Positions 14,592 through 27,455 of a stretch of DNA of 64,000 bases are shown here, in pieces. Source of the stretch: Paramecium tetraurelia (lineage: Eukaryota). The stretch spans positions 66,728 through 130,727 of the forward strand of contig CT868219.1 in assembly GCA_000165425.1 (NCBI GenBank), read 5' to 3'. Position 1 is the stretch's first letter; every line of letters begins with the position of its first letter. The notes beneath the pieces are model-generated. The model did no database searches. It saw nothing but the letters and a program-made list of their open reading frames with translations, and had not been told where the DNA came from. The position numbers and the translations under genes are program-made.

Positions 14592-15897
14592 TCATGTGAA
14601 CTTATTTTGATTATTCAATTAAGTTAAAGAATTTTACTATTTTTGTAATTATAAATCTGATTTATCCTGCTCTTGCAATTCTGGAATAAAATTCATTTCT
14701 TAATCAATTTCATCTACTTTTAAAATACTGTTATCATGTTATTTTAATACTTTTTTATTTTTCAAAATTTCTATTTTAAACTCCTCAACCTTCTCTTTTC
14801 TAAATTCTTAAGAGAATTTAAGTGAGCTTACTCTTTTGTAAGTCAATGATGAAAAGACATTTTACAAAGAGCCACTCAAAATCTTATCTTTTCTTTCTTC
14901 ATATTACAAAGAAGATGACATTCCAATAAACTTATTATTTGATCTTAAGAATAAATTTTTATTGGATTGAATGCTCAATCTTTATTCAAATTAATTGTCT
15001 TGTTTATCTGAAGGATCTTCAGGAATCTGGCTGCTGTTCTTATCGTTATCTTCACTTTAGGAATGACAATCAAATTCGCCAATGTTCTTACTTATAGTTA
15101 TGTTATCAAAAACATTTAATTAAATATTCTCAAATAAATAATTTGGATTTGTATGATGGCTTTATTTACTTCTTATATCTAGAGCAGAGTTACCTCTTGA
15201 CACTTGTTCTTCTTCCTAAAGTAATTGTTATTCAATTAGCAATTTTGTTATCTACTCTTCTTTTTTAGGAGTGCCAATATCTTCTCCTAATCTAGTGGCA
15301 TTCCTTTCATCCTGATTTATAATTAATTTTTTTTAAGTATTCCATATTTTAGAAGTTTTCAATTCATTTTAAATCAATTTCAATGTATCCATATACGGCA
15401 AAGTATCTTCATCCCTGGAAAGTTTCTATTCTAAATTTTTATCGAATTAATATATTAATCTATATAGATGACCTATGTTTTTATTTTATAACTTATATCT
15501 TGAAATGAGATAATATGCCCAAAATGGATGATAATCATTTAAGGCATTATCAAAAATAAATATGACCATGTTTTCCACATAAATTGAGAAAATGTCTGCA
15601 TTTACAAATTGATTCATCAATTAAAAAATTAATCCCATAATGTTAGACTCAGCTATTTAATCCCATATTTACAAATCCGTAATTCGAACTAAATTATCTA
15701 TTATCTAATAATAGTCTTTCTCGTACTTCAACAAGTTTTATGATAAATAATCCGACTTTAATATTCTTTGAAACTGCTTTCTGGAATATTTAGCCAATTT
15801 TCGAGACATCAAAATTGGCAAAAAAAGGGGTTTGCTTAAATTGACTTATTATATCCTAGCAATCTGGATCTTCAACATTGATATTTTACATATCCAT
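14592..15897 (-). CDS. Hypothetical protein, possibly divergent SAPS (PP6 regulatory subunit)-like
   Basis: ORF MDMQNINVED...NKFT-TGA. LIFQLMNQFVNADIFSIYVENMV and NIGHLYRLI resemble the SAPS segments FFxYxWNNFLHxxVE and YMGHLTxIA (judged by eye). Confidence 0.5.
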
Positions 15898-16019
15898 TGT
15901 GTAATAATTTGAGATTAATGAAATTATATGAGCTGCATTTTTTTATATTCTATATTTAAATAATATTATACATTGGATCATAATTTTCCTAAACTACAAC
16001 TTCAAATGTTGTTTTGAGG

Positions 16020-17700
16020 AATTCTCCTCTTAAGATGTATTCCATTTATTAATCTATTAGAATTCTTGTCATAATTTCATGTACAATGTATGTATAATTT
16101 ATTATGCTAAAAACATCTTATTTTTGGAAAAACTTTAATCCTTCCCTCAAAAAATCAATTTACGATTAGTGGAATCCAATTTCAAAAAAAGCTATCAACA
16201 TTTAGGATACACTATGAATGTTTAGAAATGGTAAAAAGGAAATTAAAAAGTCTTATGATTTTAATAAGTCTTCGAGAATTGAATTGTCTCTTTCTTTTAC
16301 GAGATTTAATAATTTGTAAGCTAGACCCCATTAGATATCAGGGACGAATTATTTCCAACGTAATTCAAAAATGATTTACCAATGAATCTAAATATTAAAG
16401 CAATATTAACTTCTATTTATTTTAGAATAGGTTCTAAATTCAATTCGATAATCTCCCAAATATTATTGATTTATTCACTGTACTATTATAATTATTCTTT
16501 TGGAATTAAATTATAATCAGCAAATAAAATATTTAACAACTAATCTACGTTTTTACATATAAACTCTATAGCAATTGGATGTGCATTTCTGCAATAATTC
16601 ATAAATGAATTGTCAATTATCAACTTAAATAAGTCTGAATTATGATCTCGAATTATTTGTTCTATGACTTTTTGGGTTGGAGATTATAATATGAATTACA
16701 TTATTAATATAATATTAGTAACAATCATTATTTAAAAATATATACCCACATGGAATATTAGAAATAGATATTATACAGTAATTCCAGAATAACTTTATGG
16801 GGAATCCAAATTAAACTCATTTAAAGATAAAATTCCATAAACATCAAGTGTCATTTGCATAAATATTTCATTTAATTAACATATTTGATGTAGGACATTT
16901 TGAAATTAATTTAAAAAAAAATCATAACATAAAATTTAATGTTTTAAATAAAATTTCTTGGTAGATTCTTCTCTGGGTCTAAGGATAAATAAGGAGTTTC
17001 ATGTGAACACTAGACAAATCAAAATCAGAATATAAATGGAAATTCTTATAAATGTATGAAATAATTAAAACAAAAATTTCAATCCTGCCAACATGAAGTT
17101 GAATATTATTGTTTGAAAAGGATTAACTTAGTGACAAATGTCCTCTCATTTGTGATAAAATACTGTCGAATGGAGATCGGTGTAAAAAAAAAATGTTATG
17201 AAAGTTGCCTGCTTAATATAGATAATGGCTAAGAATTAAACAAAAATAAACTATGTGAACATTTTCTATAAAGCAAGGATATTTGTTAAGAATAGCAAAA
17301 ACAATGCAATTAAGAAATTAATGTATTATTAGATTGTGGCCATACTGCTATTTCTAAATGTTGGGAGAGAGAAGAATTTAAAAAAACCTTTGCTTGTAAA
17401 TAAATCTGCATGAAATAAAGAAGTTGTGGTCATTCATTTAATAATATATATGCAATCAACCCTGCAGAAAGCAAAGACCTTGCCATCATTTGGATCCTTG
17501 TTTGGAGAAATGTGGAGATCATATCTGTACTCCATGTTAAAAAATAGTGAACAAATTTGCCCATAATTTAGTAGCTAATTCTAAAAAAAATTACTTTTAG
17601 ATTTTCAATAATTTTTTTATTTCCAAGTAAAGAACATGAAATAAATAATGTTTAATATTTCAAGAAAATTTGATTTATTTATGGAGATGATATAATTGTA
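16020..17700 (+). pseudogene. Decayed NF-X1-type Zn-finger protein, probably ZNFX1-like SF1 helicase remnant
   Basis: Cys/His repeats split across frames (DKCPLICDKILSNGDRCKKK; LDCGHTAISKC; CKQICMKQRSCGHS; CNQPCRKQRPCHHLDPCLEKCGDHICTPC) with frameshifts and in-frame TGAs. Boundaries approximate. Confidence 0.6.
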
Positions 17701-17800
17701 TTCCTTATTGTTTGTTAAGAAACTTTATATAATATTGTAAAATAAATGAAGAATTTAATATCTAATTATTTATACTATCGTATCTGAAATATATTTATGA

Positions 17801-18670
17801 TCAAAACATACAACTTTCATATGTTGGTATCATATATTTAATATTAATATATGCATCTTCTCCTCCATTTTTTTCAAGTGTTTCTAATGTTTCTTGTATA
17901 AGATCAGATAGATTTTCATTTTTTCTTTGTGAATAATCAATTTTGTCTCCAATGTTTACTAAAATAAATGATAATTGAATATACGTCTTTTATTCTTATA
18001 CATATTCATAACTGGTAATATTTATCTATAATAAGGAACTAAGGCTTCTCCTATCATTTATCCACTTTTGACTAATTTCTATATTTTCTTTAAGGTAATG
18101 CACATAATATCGTGATTCTTTGTTGCTAAGGCTTCTATTAAAGAATTTATAATTGATTAAATGTACTTTTAATAGGAATGATTAATTGTGGTAACACTGA
18201 TAAGATCTTAGTTTCTCCTTTTTATAATAATTCTTCACATCCATTGACAGCTAAGAATTTGTAAGGATCTTCAGTTTCTCTCAGTCCTTCAAAGAAGATT
18301 GGGAAGATATAAATGATAATCTAAACATTCAGGTTCGCATTTCCAAACGATCTTCCTGACAGCTCCACTAAAATTAACTGCAATTGGAAGATCTCCTCGA
18401 TCATAATATTTTTTAAATAGGGTCTATTCAATCATAGGTAAGGCTTGAAAGATTCCTGATTTTGGAACTTTTTAAGGAGCTTGAGCTTTTTTGGGAGCTA
18501 AAGATGAAGACACTAATTAATTATATGACTTATAAATGATTACTTCCACCTGTTCCTGCAAATTTGTTACTAATGTTCAATAAATTTGAACAGAATTTAC
18601 CTGGTGATCTCTAAGGAGAATGTCCTTATATTGGTTTTATTCTTTTGTTAGTTACTTATTATTATTGCAT
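17801..18670 (-). CDS. PACRG: PACRG copy 1 (one extra base, apparent frameshift)
   Basis: [47 protein letters not shown] motifs. GGG at 18301-18303 versus GG in copy 2 gives a premature TGA. Confidence 0.9.
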
Positions 18671-18995
18671 TCTTATATTTATTTTATATTTAATTATGTA
18701 TATAGTAATTCATAAACTTAATACTTTTAGATAATAATTCTACATAAATCATCATATCAGTTATTTGGAATCCTTCAAATCTTCAATTCTATATCCCTTT
18801 AACCTTTATAAACTATATTAAGTACATTTACACTTTTCTGCTTTTCAAACACATTTTTATCTAATGCTCATCGTATTAGGTAAAATAGATAGTTTAACTT
18901 AATTTACTTGATGAGTTGCAATAAATATTTATTTTTTAATATTCTATACAATTAATATATATTCTAACGATAATATTATTTGAATAAATAAAGGA

Positions 18996-20925
18996 ATGCT
19001 TCGCACAAACATGTCAATAGTTAATCTTAACCATTAGTAGAGTTCAAGCTCTTTATTATAAGCCTTAGTCAATTAGAGACCAAAATCATCATAAAAATCA
19101 CATTCACAAAAAAGAGTGCCTTCAACAAAATCGAGTAAAACAAACCAAATCGGCCAACCAAGTTATAAGGTACACTTTATCCTTAATAAAATTTAGCTGG
19201 TCACCTCTTCTCTATGTTAACCAATTCCAAATTAAAAACAAGAAGTATCTTAACGAACTAATGAGACCCTAAAGCCAAAGTAAAATTTTTTATGATGTTA
19301 GTGATAATTCTACAACTGAGCCTCTATAATCTTAAAGAATTTAAGAGTAATAAAGTGAAAAGAAAACTAATAAAAAAGCATCATTAATATAAAGAACAAT
19401 ATTCGGTTAAAGTGCTGCATCTTTGGGTATTAAATAAAAGACAGTTAAATTAACCCGAGAATCTAGAAGTAATAGCAAAAAAGAAATGTAGTAATCAATT
19501 ATTGAAGAATCAACATAATAATAGCAAGTCAAGAAAGAAGTAGAAAACCCAGAAGCTACTTAAAAGCTAGAATAATTGATATCAAAATACAAAAATACAT
19601 CTTTTTTCAATTAAACTTACCAATCGAATTAGACTTCAACACAACAAATAAATCCATAGATAGTTATAAGTGTTTCATAACCAAAAGAAAATTAATCTCT
19701 TTAAACCACTTAATAAACCTTATTGTCATAAGCATCCTTAGCAGTTTTATCTGAGTAAGATTAGAATCTAAATACAGCTTTTTCTTAATCAACCAATTTA
19801 TAAGTTAATTAAACTTAAATAAACAAGTATGTAACAAGAATTTCAAGGGGAGCAAATTTTATCCCTTAAAAATAGAATTCTAATTCTGTTAATAATTCAG
19901 TAAATACTAAACCTACAAGAAAAAGAATGAATTCCCCTTTGCATGCTTAAAGAAGATCGAAGGAAAATTCTATTGTATCAGAATCATTAGTAAGTCATAG
20001 GGAATCAAAATCGAAACTTAGAAATTTGTCAGGGGATAGAAAATTTACATCGACGTAAAAGATAAGCATAGGACCGTAAGTACCATTCTAAGAGTTTTAA
20101 TATTATATGTCCTTTGCGAGATTTTTTCATAAAGACAAAAAGTTTGAAACATAAATAAAGCAACTTTTTAATAATAGCATCAAAACACAGCAATATTTCT
20201 CTGAAATTTACTTAGATCATATTTAATAAAGCTTTCACGCTTTATAGTTTTGTAAAGAAACTCAAAAACCTAAATTAGAAGATATAAAACAGAAAATAGT
20301 AAACTTGCCTCCAAATAAATGTATATATAAATTATTTATATAATTAGTTGCAAAAAGTATTGTTTTTGATTTAGATGAAACTTTGATTCATTGCTAAGAA
20401 TCAAACGATGATCCAAGCGATATTGCTTTAACAATAAAGTTTCCAACTGGTGAGACAGTGGAAGCTGGAATTAATATTAGACCCTATTGTAAAGAGATGC
20501 TTCAAATTCTATCATAAAAATATGAAATCATAGTATTTACAGCATCGCACGAATGCTATGCTTAAAAGGTACTAAACTATCTGGATCCAGATAAAAAGTT
20601 AATCCATCACAGGTTTTTCAGAGATAGCTGTGTTGTGATTTAAGATGGATTACATGTTAAAGATTTAAGAGTAATAGGGAATAGAAACATAAAAGATATG
20701 GTATTAATTGATAATGCTTCGTACTCATTTTGCTTTTAATCGGACAACGGTGTTCCAATAATACCTTTTTATGATAATGCCTTGGATAAAGAATTGGTTT
20801 ACTTAACAACTTATTTAATGGATCTGATGTAGGATCAAGATATTCCTTTAAAGAATTCTACCAATTTCAAGACATAATTATATTTATAAGATATCACTTT
20901 TGAATAGTTAATTACAAGGCTATGA
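18996..20925 (+). CDS. FCP1/SCP-like (NIF, HAD-fold) CTD phosphatase with long disordered N-terminus
   Basis: VFDLDETLIHC, INIRPYC, VFTASHECYA, KDLRVIGNR, LIDNAS, NGVPIIPFYD. Confidence 0.92.
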
Positions 20926-21513
20926 TAATTTATATTTATATATATTAACTGTTTCAATTAATTTAATTTTTATTCTAAATTTCACTTCCAATCAATTCGA
21001 TGATTTTGGATTTAAGCTGATTTGGATGAATGCAATGTTAAAGGAGGTAAATTCCATATTTAAATTAGGAGATATGAACATATTATCATATATTTGTTTA
21101 AATATTGTAGGGTTGAGAATAAATCTTAAAATTAAAATCTTATGGAGGAGTTGAATAATGTTTCAAAACTAAATAATTCTGTCTTAAAATCTCGTATAAT
21201 CTTTTTAGTTACTCTTAAAAATTTCAATTATTTTTGAAAGTTTAGTTGAAGAGAGGGCTTTAAGTAGAGTTATCCTCTTAATCATACTGCTAAATAAACC
21301 TTCATAGTTATCTTAAGATCAAAAAGTAGAGTTTTAGTAAGATAAGTTAATTTGAGGTGAGAAAGAATTTTGTTGTGTTATCATGATGATAACATACTAA
21401 ATAATTAATGATATTGCCTATTTAAATTTTGTTGGCTGACGTATTATCGAGAGATAAAAGTATGTTGGCCTAAGAGTATTAAGCTTTATTATTTACTACA
21501 ATTTCATAAACTC

Positions 21514-21930
21514 ATGCCCATTCTCGCTGATTTAAAATATTAAGTTGAACTATAAATGAAGAAACAATAGTCTAATAGAGTTGGTCCAAGTCCGAAAGAG
21601 AAGGTGATGTTCCTCACGCGTGTTTTGTATGAGAAAAAGTCTTTAAAAGAAGTATTATGCTCAAGTTTACATTTTTAGGCTTGCCAAGAATTATAAATGT
21701 CTTACTCCTGGGGTAAGGCCATATGGTCTGAACACATATCCCAATATAATAAATCAAAAAAACTATATAAAAAAAATGATTCTCCCAAAACTCCTCCCAG
21801 CGAAACAGAATAAGTGACAAAGAAGGTTGCGGGCGTCAAAATCCTCCAAAAGGGACAACACATTGCGAAGCAATTTCACATCCAAGTGCTCATTCACGGA
21901 AACCCCATCAAGACAAAAGCTACGGATTGA
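21514..21930 (+). CDS. Small helix-turn-helix protein (putative DNA-binding)
   Basis: MPILADLKY...EKKSLKE|ACQELQMSYSWGKAIW...KATD-TGA after removing one 27-nt intron; HTH-like pattern. Confidence 0.65.
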
Positions 21931-22451
21931 GAATGGAAGGCAAGCTGGATTTTGCTTTCTTTTGTTTTTCTTAATTCATGCTTTTCTAAGCTAATTCTCC
22001 TTCTGGAGAATTTGATTTGGAATTGCATAATTATATAAAAATTTCATAATTTTATTTTGCTTTGCCAGCACTTGACTTTATTTAGGGCTAACTTATTCTT
22101 GAAAGAATTTAGAATACTTATTCTTTTTCCACCAAATAATTTGATGTAGGAAGAAATTTAGGAATATTTTTAATATTTACTAATATTCTTTTTTTCAAAA
22201 TACATTACTGTATTATTGTAATATATAAGTTTATAGTTCCAATTGTGTACTTCTAGATAGGTTAATAGTTCATTCAATAAAAGTTTATTAAATAATTCTC
22301 GAAATTAATTTAATATAATAAAATTTTGGAGATTGATAATGTCTTTAACAATGTATTGTATCCAGAATATCAAAAATTCATTGGCAAATTCCTTTTAACA
22401 TAACACCCATATGTATTATATTGAATGAAAACGTGATATAAAATATAATTC

Positions 22452-23274
22452 TCAATCATTTAACCTGACCCAACCAACAATGACATCATTTGCACTTCCG
22501 TTATAATCCTTACATTTTTCTTAAGGAGAAAGTCCTGTTATTTCTCTTTCATTTATGACATACACGAGCCCAAAATTACTTGTTGAGGCTTTTAGCTTTC
22601 TTGCATATTAATTAGAGTCCCATATATCATCATAATTTTCTTCACCTATAGTAATGTATGGTTCCTCAGCTCCTAACTAAACATCTAAAACCACAGCCAC
22701 ATGACCGTATGGGTAATAAGGATAACTTTTATTCCAAATTAGTAAATCACCCGCTCTTATACTGGTGGACATTCCATTATAGAACTTAGTTAAGTTTCTA
22801 TATTTTCCATTCTTATAATCAATTGCATAAGTTAAGTCAAATATTTCATCAGCTGTATCAATACCAGGAAACGCTGATCCGAATTTTTGAATCCAATAGT
22901 ATCTAGCAAAATGAACACATTGATATCTAGGTTTAAAATATCTATACTTCATTCCTATAAAGACTGTTTAGTTAAACCCTGTCTCATTTGGCTGAAGAAA
23001 ATGTTCAAGCTCATGAAGATGTTGTGTGTCATTTTGGCATGAATATGCAGGAACTCCGTTACCTTTACCAATAAGAACTCCAAAATCAGGAATTTTTGCT
23101 TCCCCTTTGAATAATTATAATAATATACATTATTTTCTAAAATAGGAACATGAATAACATTATCCCAAATAGCAGTAATGATCTCCATCGCATTAATCTT
23201 TACAATCAAGTTTTAGAGCAGCTGAAAGTGTTAAAAGCAAGAATCTATTGTTAATATTCAATAAATTACATCAT
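22452..23274 (-). CDS. Secreted CHAP-domain amidase (glutathionylspermidine-amidase-like)
   Basis: Signal-like MIFLLLTLSAA, Cys-rich segment, then DFGVLIGKGNGVPAYS, GMKYQCVHFAR, GDLLIW, YGHVAVV, GEEN, IVGWV; three short introns. Confidence 0.85.
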
Positions 23275-23900
23275 CAAATTTGTATTATATATAATCATAA
23301 AATTTTTTAAATATACAAACCTAAAAATATCGTTTTAGGTACATTTCTTTTTGGTTAACTATTTTGTTCTACAATGACTAGAAAAATTAAAATTTTTTTC
23401 AATTATATTTACATAGAAACTGTTATTTTAATACTTTCAACAAATATTTGTATTTTCAAGCCTAGTTATTATTTTGATCTGTTCTTTACAAGTGATTAAT
23501 TTGAATCACTTTAATATTTAAAATCACATCGAAATGAACTTCAGGATTGAAATTTGATATACTTTTCAATAAAATATCTAGCTTTTAAATTATTATTGAA
23601 ACTCTCAATGACTGTAATTTTCTAGCTTAAAATATTGATAGAAACAGCATGGAAATCTCATAATTGGGTGTCATGAAAATCACAAAACCAGAAGTATTTT
23701 TATCATAAAAGTACATCTTAATGGAGATTTAATCAAAAAAGACAAAAATATAATATTTTTAGAAAAATTATTATAAAATTTGACTAATTTCCTTCTGTTT
23801 AATTTTTAAGTAATATTAACTTAAAATTACACTAAGAACTGCCAAAATAGAGTATGAAGAAATAATACAATAGAATTAAGAATTCACAATCTTATAAAAT

Positions 23901-24446
23901 TCATCGAAGAAATCTTTTTGGTTAATGTTACGATTTTCCACTAACTTACTTTAACTCTCTTTCTAATGCCAATACTCTCTTTTAATTTGTATCTTTTAGA
24001 AATGTAATCTCTTGGGATAATCTCTTTACTGTAAATTCTAATTCCTACTTCTCTTACTTATAGTTTGCTAACATTTCATTTTATTCACAAACCAATTTTT
24101 CTAATTTCTCGTTTTGAGCTAACAATCTCATTGTGGCATCAATAAATTATTATTATTTTTTATCTTCTACTTCTTCTCTCTCAGTTTGTATTCTTAAGGA
24201 TGGAGAAGTACATCGAACGCTTTTAATGGTGTCTCTCATGCTTTGATTTGTTGGTTGTGAAATTATAAATGATTATTGATTAGTTATTAATGTTGGGGTG
24301 TTGAAGGATTGATTAACTGAGATATTTAATTGTTGATTATAGATTTGTTAGCTATCGTTCAATACTGACCTTCTATTTGAAATTTTTGAGCTTAGTCTGG
24401 TCGCCATGGTTTAGAGAGTCTAAATATGAGCTTGTTATTATCTCAT
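23901..24446 (-). CDS. Coiled-coil hypothetical protein
   Basis: Uninterrupted code-6 ORF MRQQQAHIQ...PKRFLR-TGA. Confidence 0.7.
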
Positions 24447-24533
24447 AAATAATTTTAAAGTTATTTATTTACGAGAATATATTAATATTAAAAATTACTC
24501 AATAAATCATTTGGAGAGTATTATTTCAGAATT

Positions 24534-26010
24534 ATGCTCAGATTTTTTCTGGCCAATCAAATCTTATGATAAATTTAATGATTTATTAGACCTCTAAGTT
24601 GATATTGTAAAATCTTTATTTGGATCATAATATGATATGAGTTTAAATGGAATTTACGAATAGGCTTATAATTGTTGCTAATTTCTAAATTATAGTTATG
24701 GCAAAAAAGATAAATTTGAGACAAACTAATTTTGTTTTATGATTTATGGGCTTTATGATTTCAATTATGCATTTGTTAATTATGGTAACTTACGTGGCGA
24801 TTAACAAGCAGTATTATAAACTCGATGTACCAATTAAATTTACTCATTTGTCAATCTATCTGCTTAAATGCATTCTATTCTTTTCAATTGATAGTTATTT
24901 ATAGTTTATCTAATAAATTAATTAAATAACTTCAATTAACTCCAAATGTAAAATCTACCCCTATGTAAAACTATATATATTTATAAATTACAATATTTAT
25001 CAGAATGCTTGATAAATTTTTTTTCAAAATAATATGCATAGCCCAAATATGATCAAAGTCTATCTACATAATCAACTTGTAATTAGAATGAAGTCTCTTT
25101 TTTAACTTTTTTTATTTAGCTCTTAATTGTAATTTCAATTCTCTTTTTTGATTAATATACATTTATTAGTGTTATTGCATTAATTGTTGTTGATAAGATT
25201 AGTACTAAGATTACTCTACCAGTAAGTTATCTATCATCGAAGCAGATCTGATAATGATTGTTGGCTTTTATGGAAACTATAGAGTTTTATTATTCTCATT
25301 ATTTACTGCATTTCCTCTGTATCCATAACTTAGTTTTAGGACTTTCATTTAATTCTGATTCCTATAAATAGGCTAATTTTTGCTAATCAATAACTCTTTA
25401 CTTTTAGTATTGTTATTGCTAAGATAGCTTTGCTTTTATTTTTGATATAACAATTGTAGATGTAGTTTGGATTAAATTATGAAAATCTTCACGAGATTTG
25501 TTTACTAAAATTTTATTAAGACTAAGGCTGAAGCCATCCGCTATAGAGATAAAATAATATACTTTAAATTCTTAATCTATCATTAGTTATTGTATTTATT
25601 ATAATATTTCTACATTATTCTCGGCCATGAAATATGATTTAAACATTAATAGTAGATCTTTTGTATCTTTTAATTAAATCTTACTATTTGCATCTGGTTT
25701 GGATAATTTTATTATAGTTTAACAAAATTTATAAATATATATTCTTTCAGGAAGATTTAATGGAGTTATTTTTGAAAGATACTCTAAAATTTTGTTTTCT
25801 TCATCCTACCTAGGTTTATTGTGTTTTTTCATTGCTATCACTTGAAATCCCATTTACCTAAGGGATTGTTAAATTAAATGAATTCAACATCATAGTATTT
25901 TTAATTAGCATTCACTTATTAATTTATTGATGCCATCACTCGAGCATCCTCAGATATTTCTTAAATCAATCTTAAAAGCATGTCAAGTAAATTAGAGCTT
26001 GCTTCCATCC
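24534..26010. pseudogene. Decayed coding remnants
   Basis: Codon-like stretches on both strands (e.g. minus-strand MEASSNLLDMLLRL.., DEENKILEYLSKITPL..) broken by in-frame TGA and frame changes. Confidence 0.4.
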
Positions 26011-26410
26011 TGTTGTAATATATGTTTATTAAAAATTTAATCTTGACTATATTATTAAAGCCTTGTATCAATTACTAGGCGAAGTGTTAAAGACTTCAAA
26101 ACCAAATTGAATATTAGATAGGAATTAAAAATCCAATAATGGGAGAAATTATTAAATAATCTAAAAAAGAATTAAATTAAAAGCATTTTTTCTTTATCTA
26201 CTATTTATAAGTAAACTTTTATATGAGATAGATATATTTACAATTATTAAACTTTTAGTCTCCAAAGTAAAGAAATAAGAGGATGGTTTTAAAATCAAGG
26301 AAATAAATATTGCTGTCTACTTAAAGCCAACAATAATAACTGATGAAAAGAGTTTAAAATGATAAATTATAAATAAAACATAAATAATTAAATATAAAAT
26401 AAATATAAGA

Positions 26411-27279
26411 ATGTAATAATAATAAGTAACTAACAAAAGAATAAAACCAATATAAGGACATTCTCCTTAGAGATCACCAGGTAAATTCTGTTCAAATTTA
26501 TTGAACATTAGTAACAAATTTGCAGGAACAGGTGGAAGTAATCATTTATAAGTTATATAATTAATTAGTGTCTTCATCTTTAGCTCCCAAAAAAGCTCAA
26601 GCTCCTTAAAAAGTTCCAAAATCAGGAATCTTTCAAGCCTTACCTATGATTGAATAGACCCTATTTAAAAAATATTATGATCGAGGAGATCTTCCAATTG
26701 CAGTTAATTTTAGTGGAGCTGTCAGGAAGATCGTTTGGAAATGCGAACCTGAATGTTTAGATTATCATTTATATCTTCCAATCTTCTTTGAAGGACTGAG
26801 AGAAACTGAAGATCCTTACAAATTCTTAGCTGTCAATGGATGTGAAGAATTATTATAAAAAGGAGAAACTAAGATCTTATCAGTGTTACCACAATTAATC
26901 ATTCCTATTAAAAGTACATTTAATCAATTATAAATTCTTTAATAGAAGCCTTAGCAACAAAGAATCACGATATTATGTGCATTACCTTAAAGAAAATATA
27001 GAAATTAGTCAAAAGTGGATAAATGATAGGAGAAGCCTTAGTTCCTTATTATAGATAAATATTACCAGTTATGAATATGTATAAGAATAAAAGACGTATA
27101 TTCAATTATTATTTATTTTAGTAAACATTGGAGACAAAATTGATTATTCACAAAGAAAAAATGAAAATCTATCTGATCTTATACAAGAAACGTTAGAAAC
27201 ACTTGAAAAAAATGGAGGAGAAGATGCATATATTAATATTAAATATATGATACCAACATATGAAAGTTGTATGTTTTGA
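26411..27279 (+). CDS. PACRG: PACRG copy 2 (intact)
   Basis: Same PACRG motifs, [16 protein letters not shown] in frame, four short introns, TGA at 27277-27279. Confidence 0.95.
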
Positions 27280-27455
27280 TCATATAATATTTTATATGCG
27301 ATTTAATACAATATTAATTATAAATTATTGTATAATTATGAGTTAAAACGTTCTCATTAATAGTTTAAATCAAATTTTTCAATATTACCTTAATGGATAA
27401 AAATTTCACATTATTTTTTTCTAATATGCTAATATCTAGAATATAATAATTTATG

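Noticed and set aside
17801..27279. Composite transposon with long terminal inverted repeats
   Set aside because: The repeats are entire PACRG genes; no transposase catalytic domain or target-site duplication was seen.
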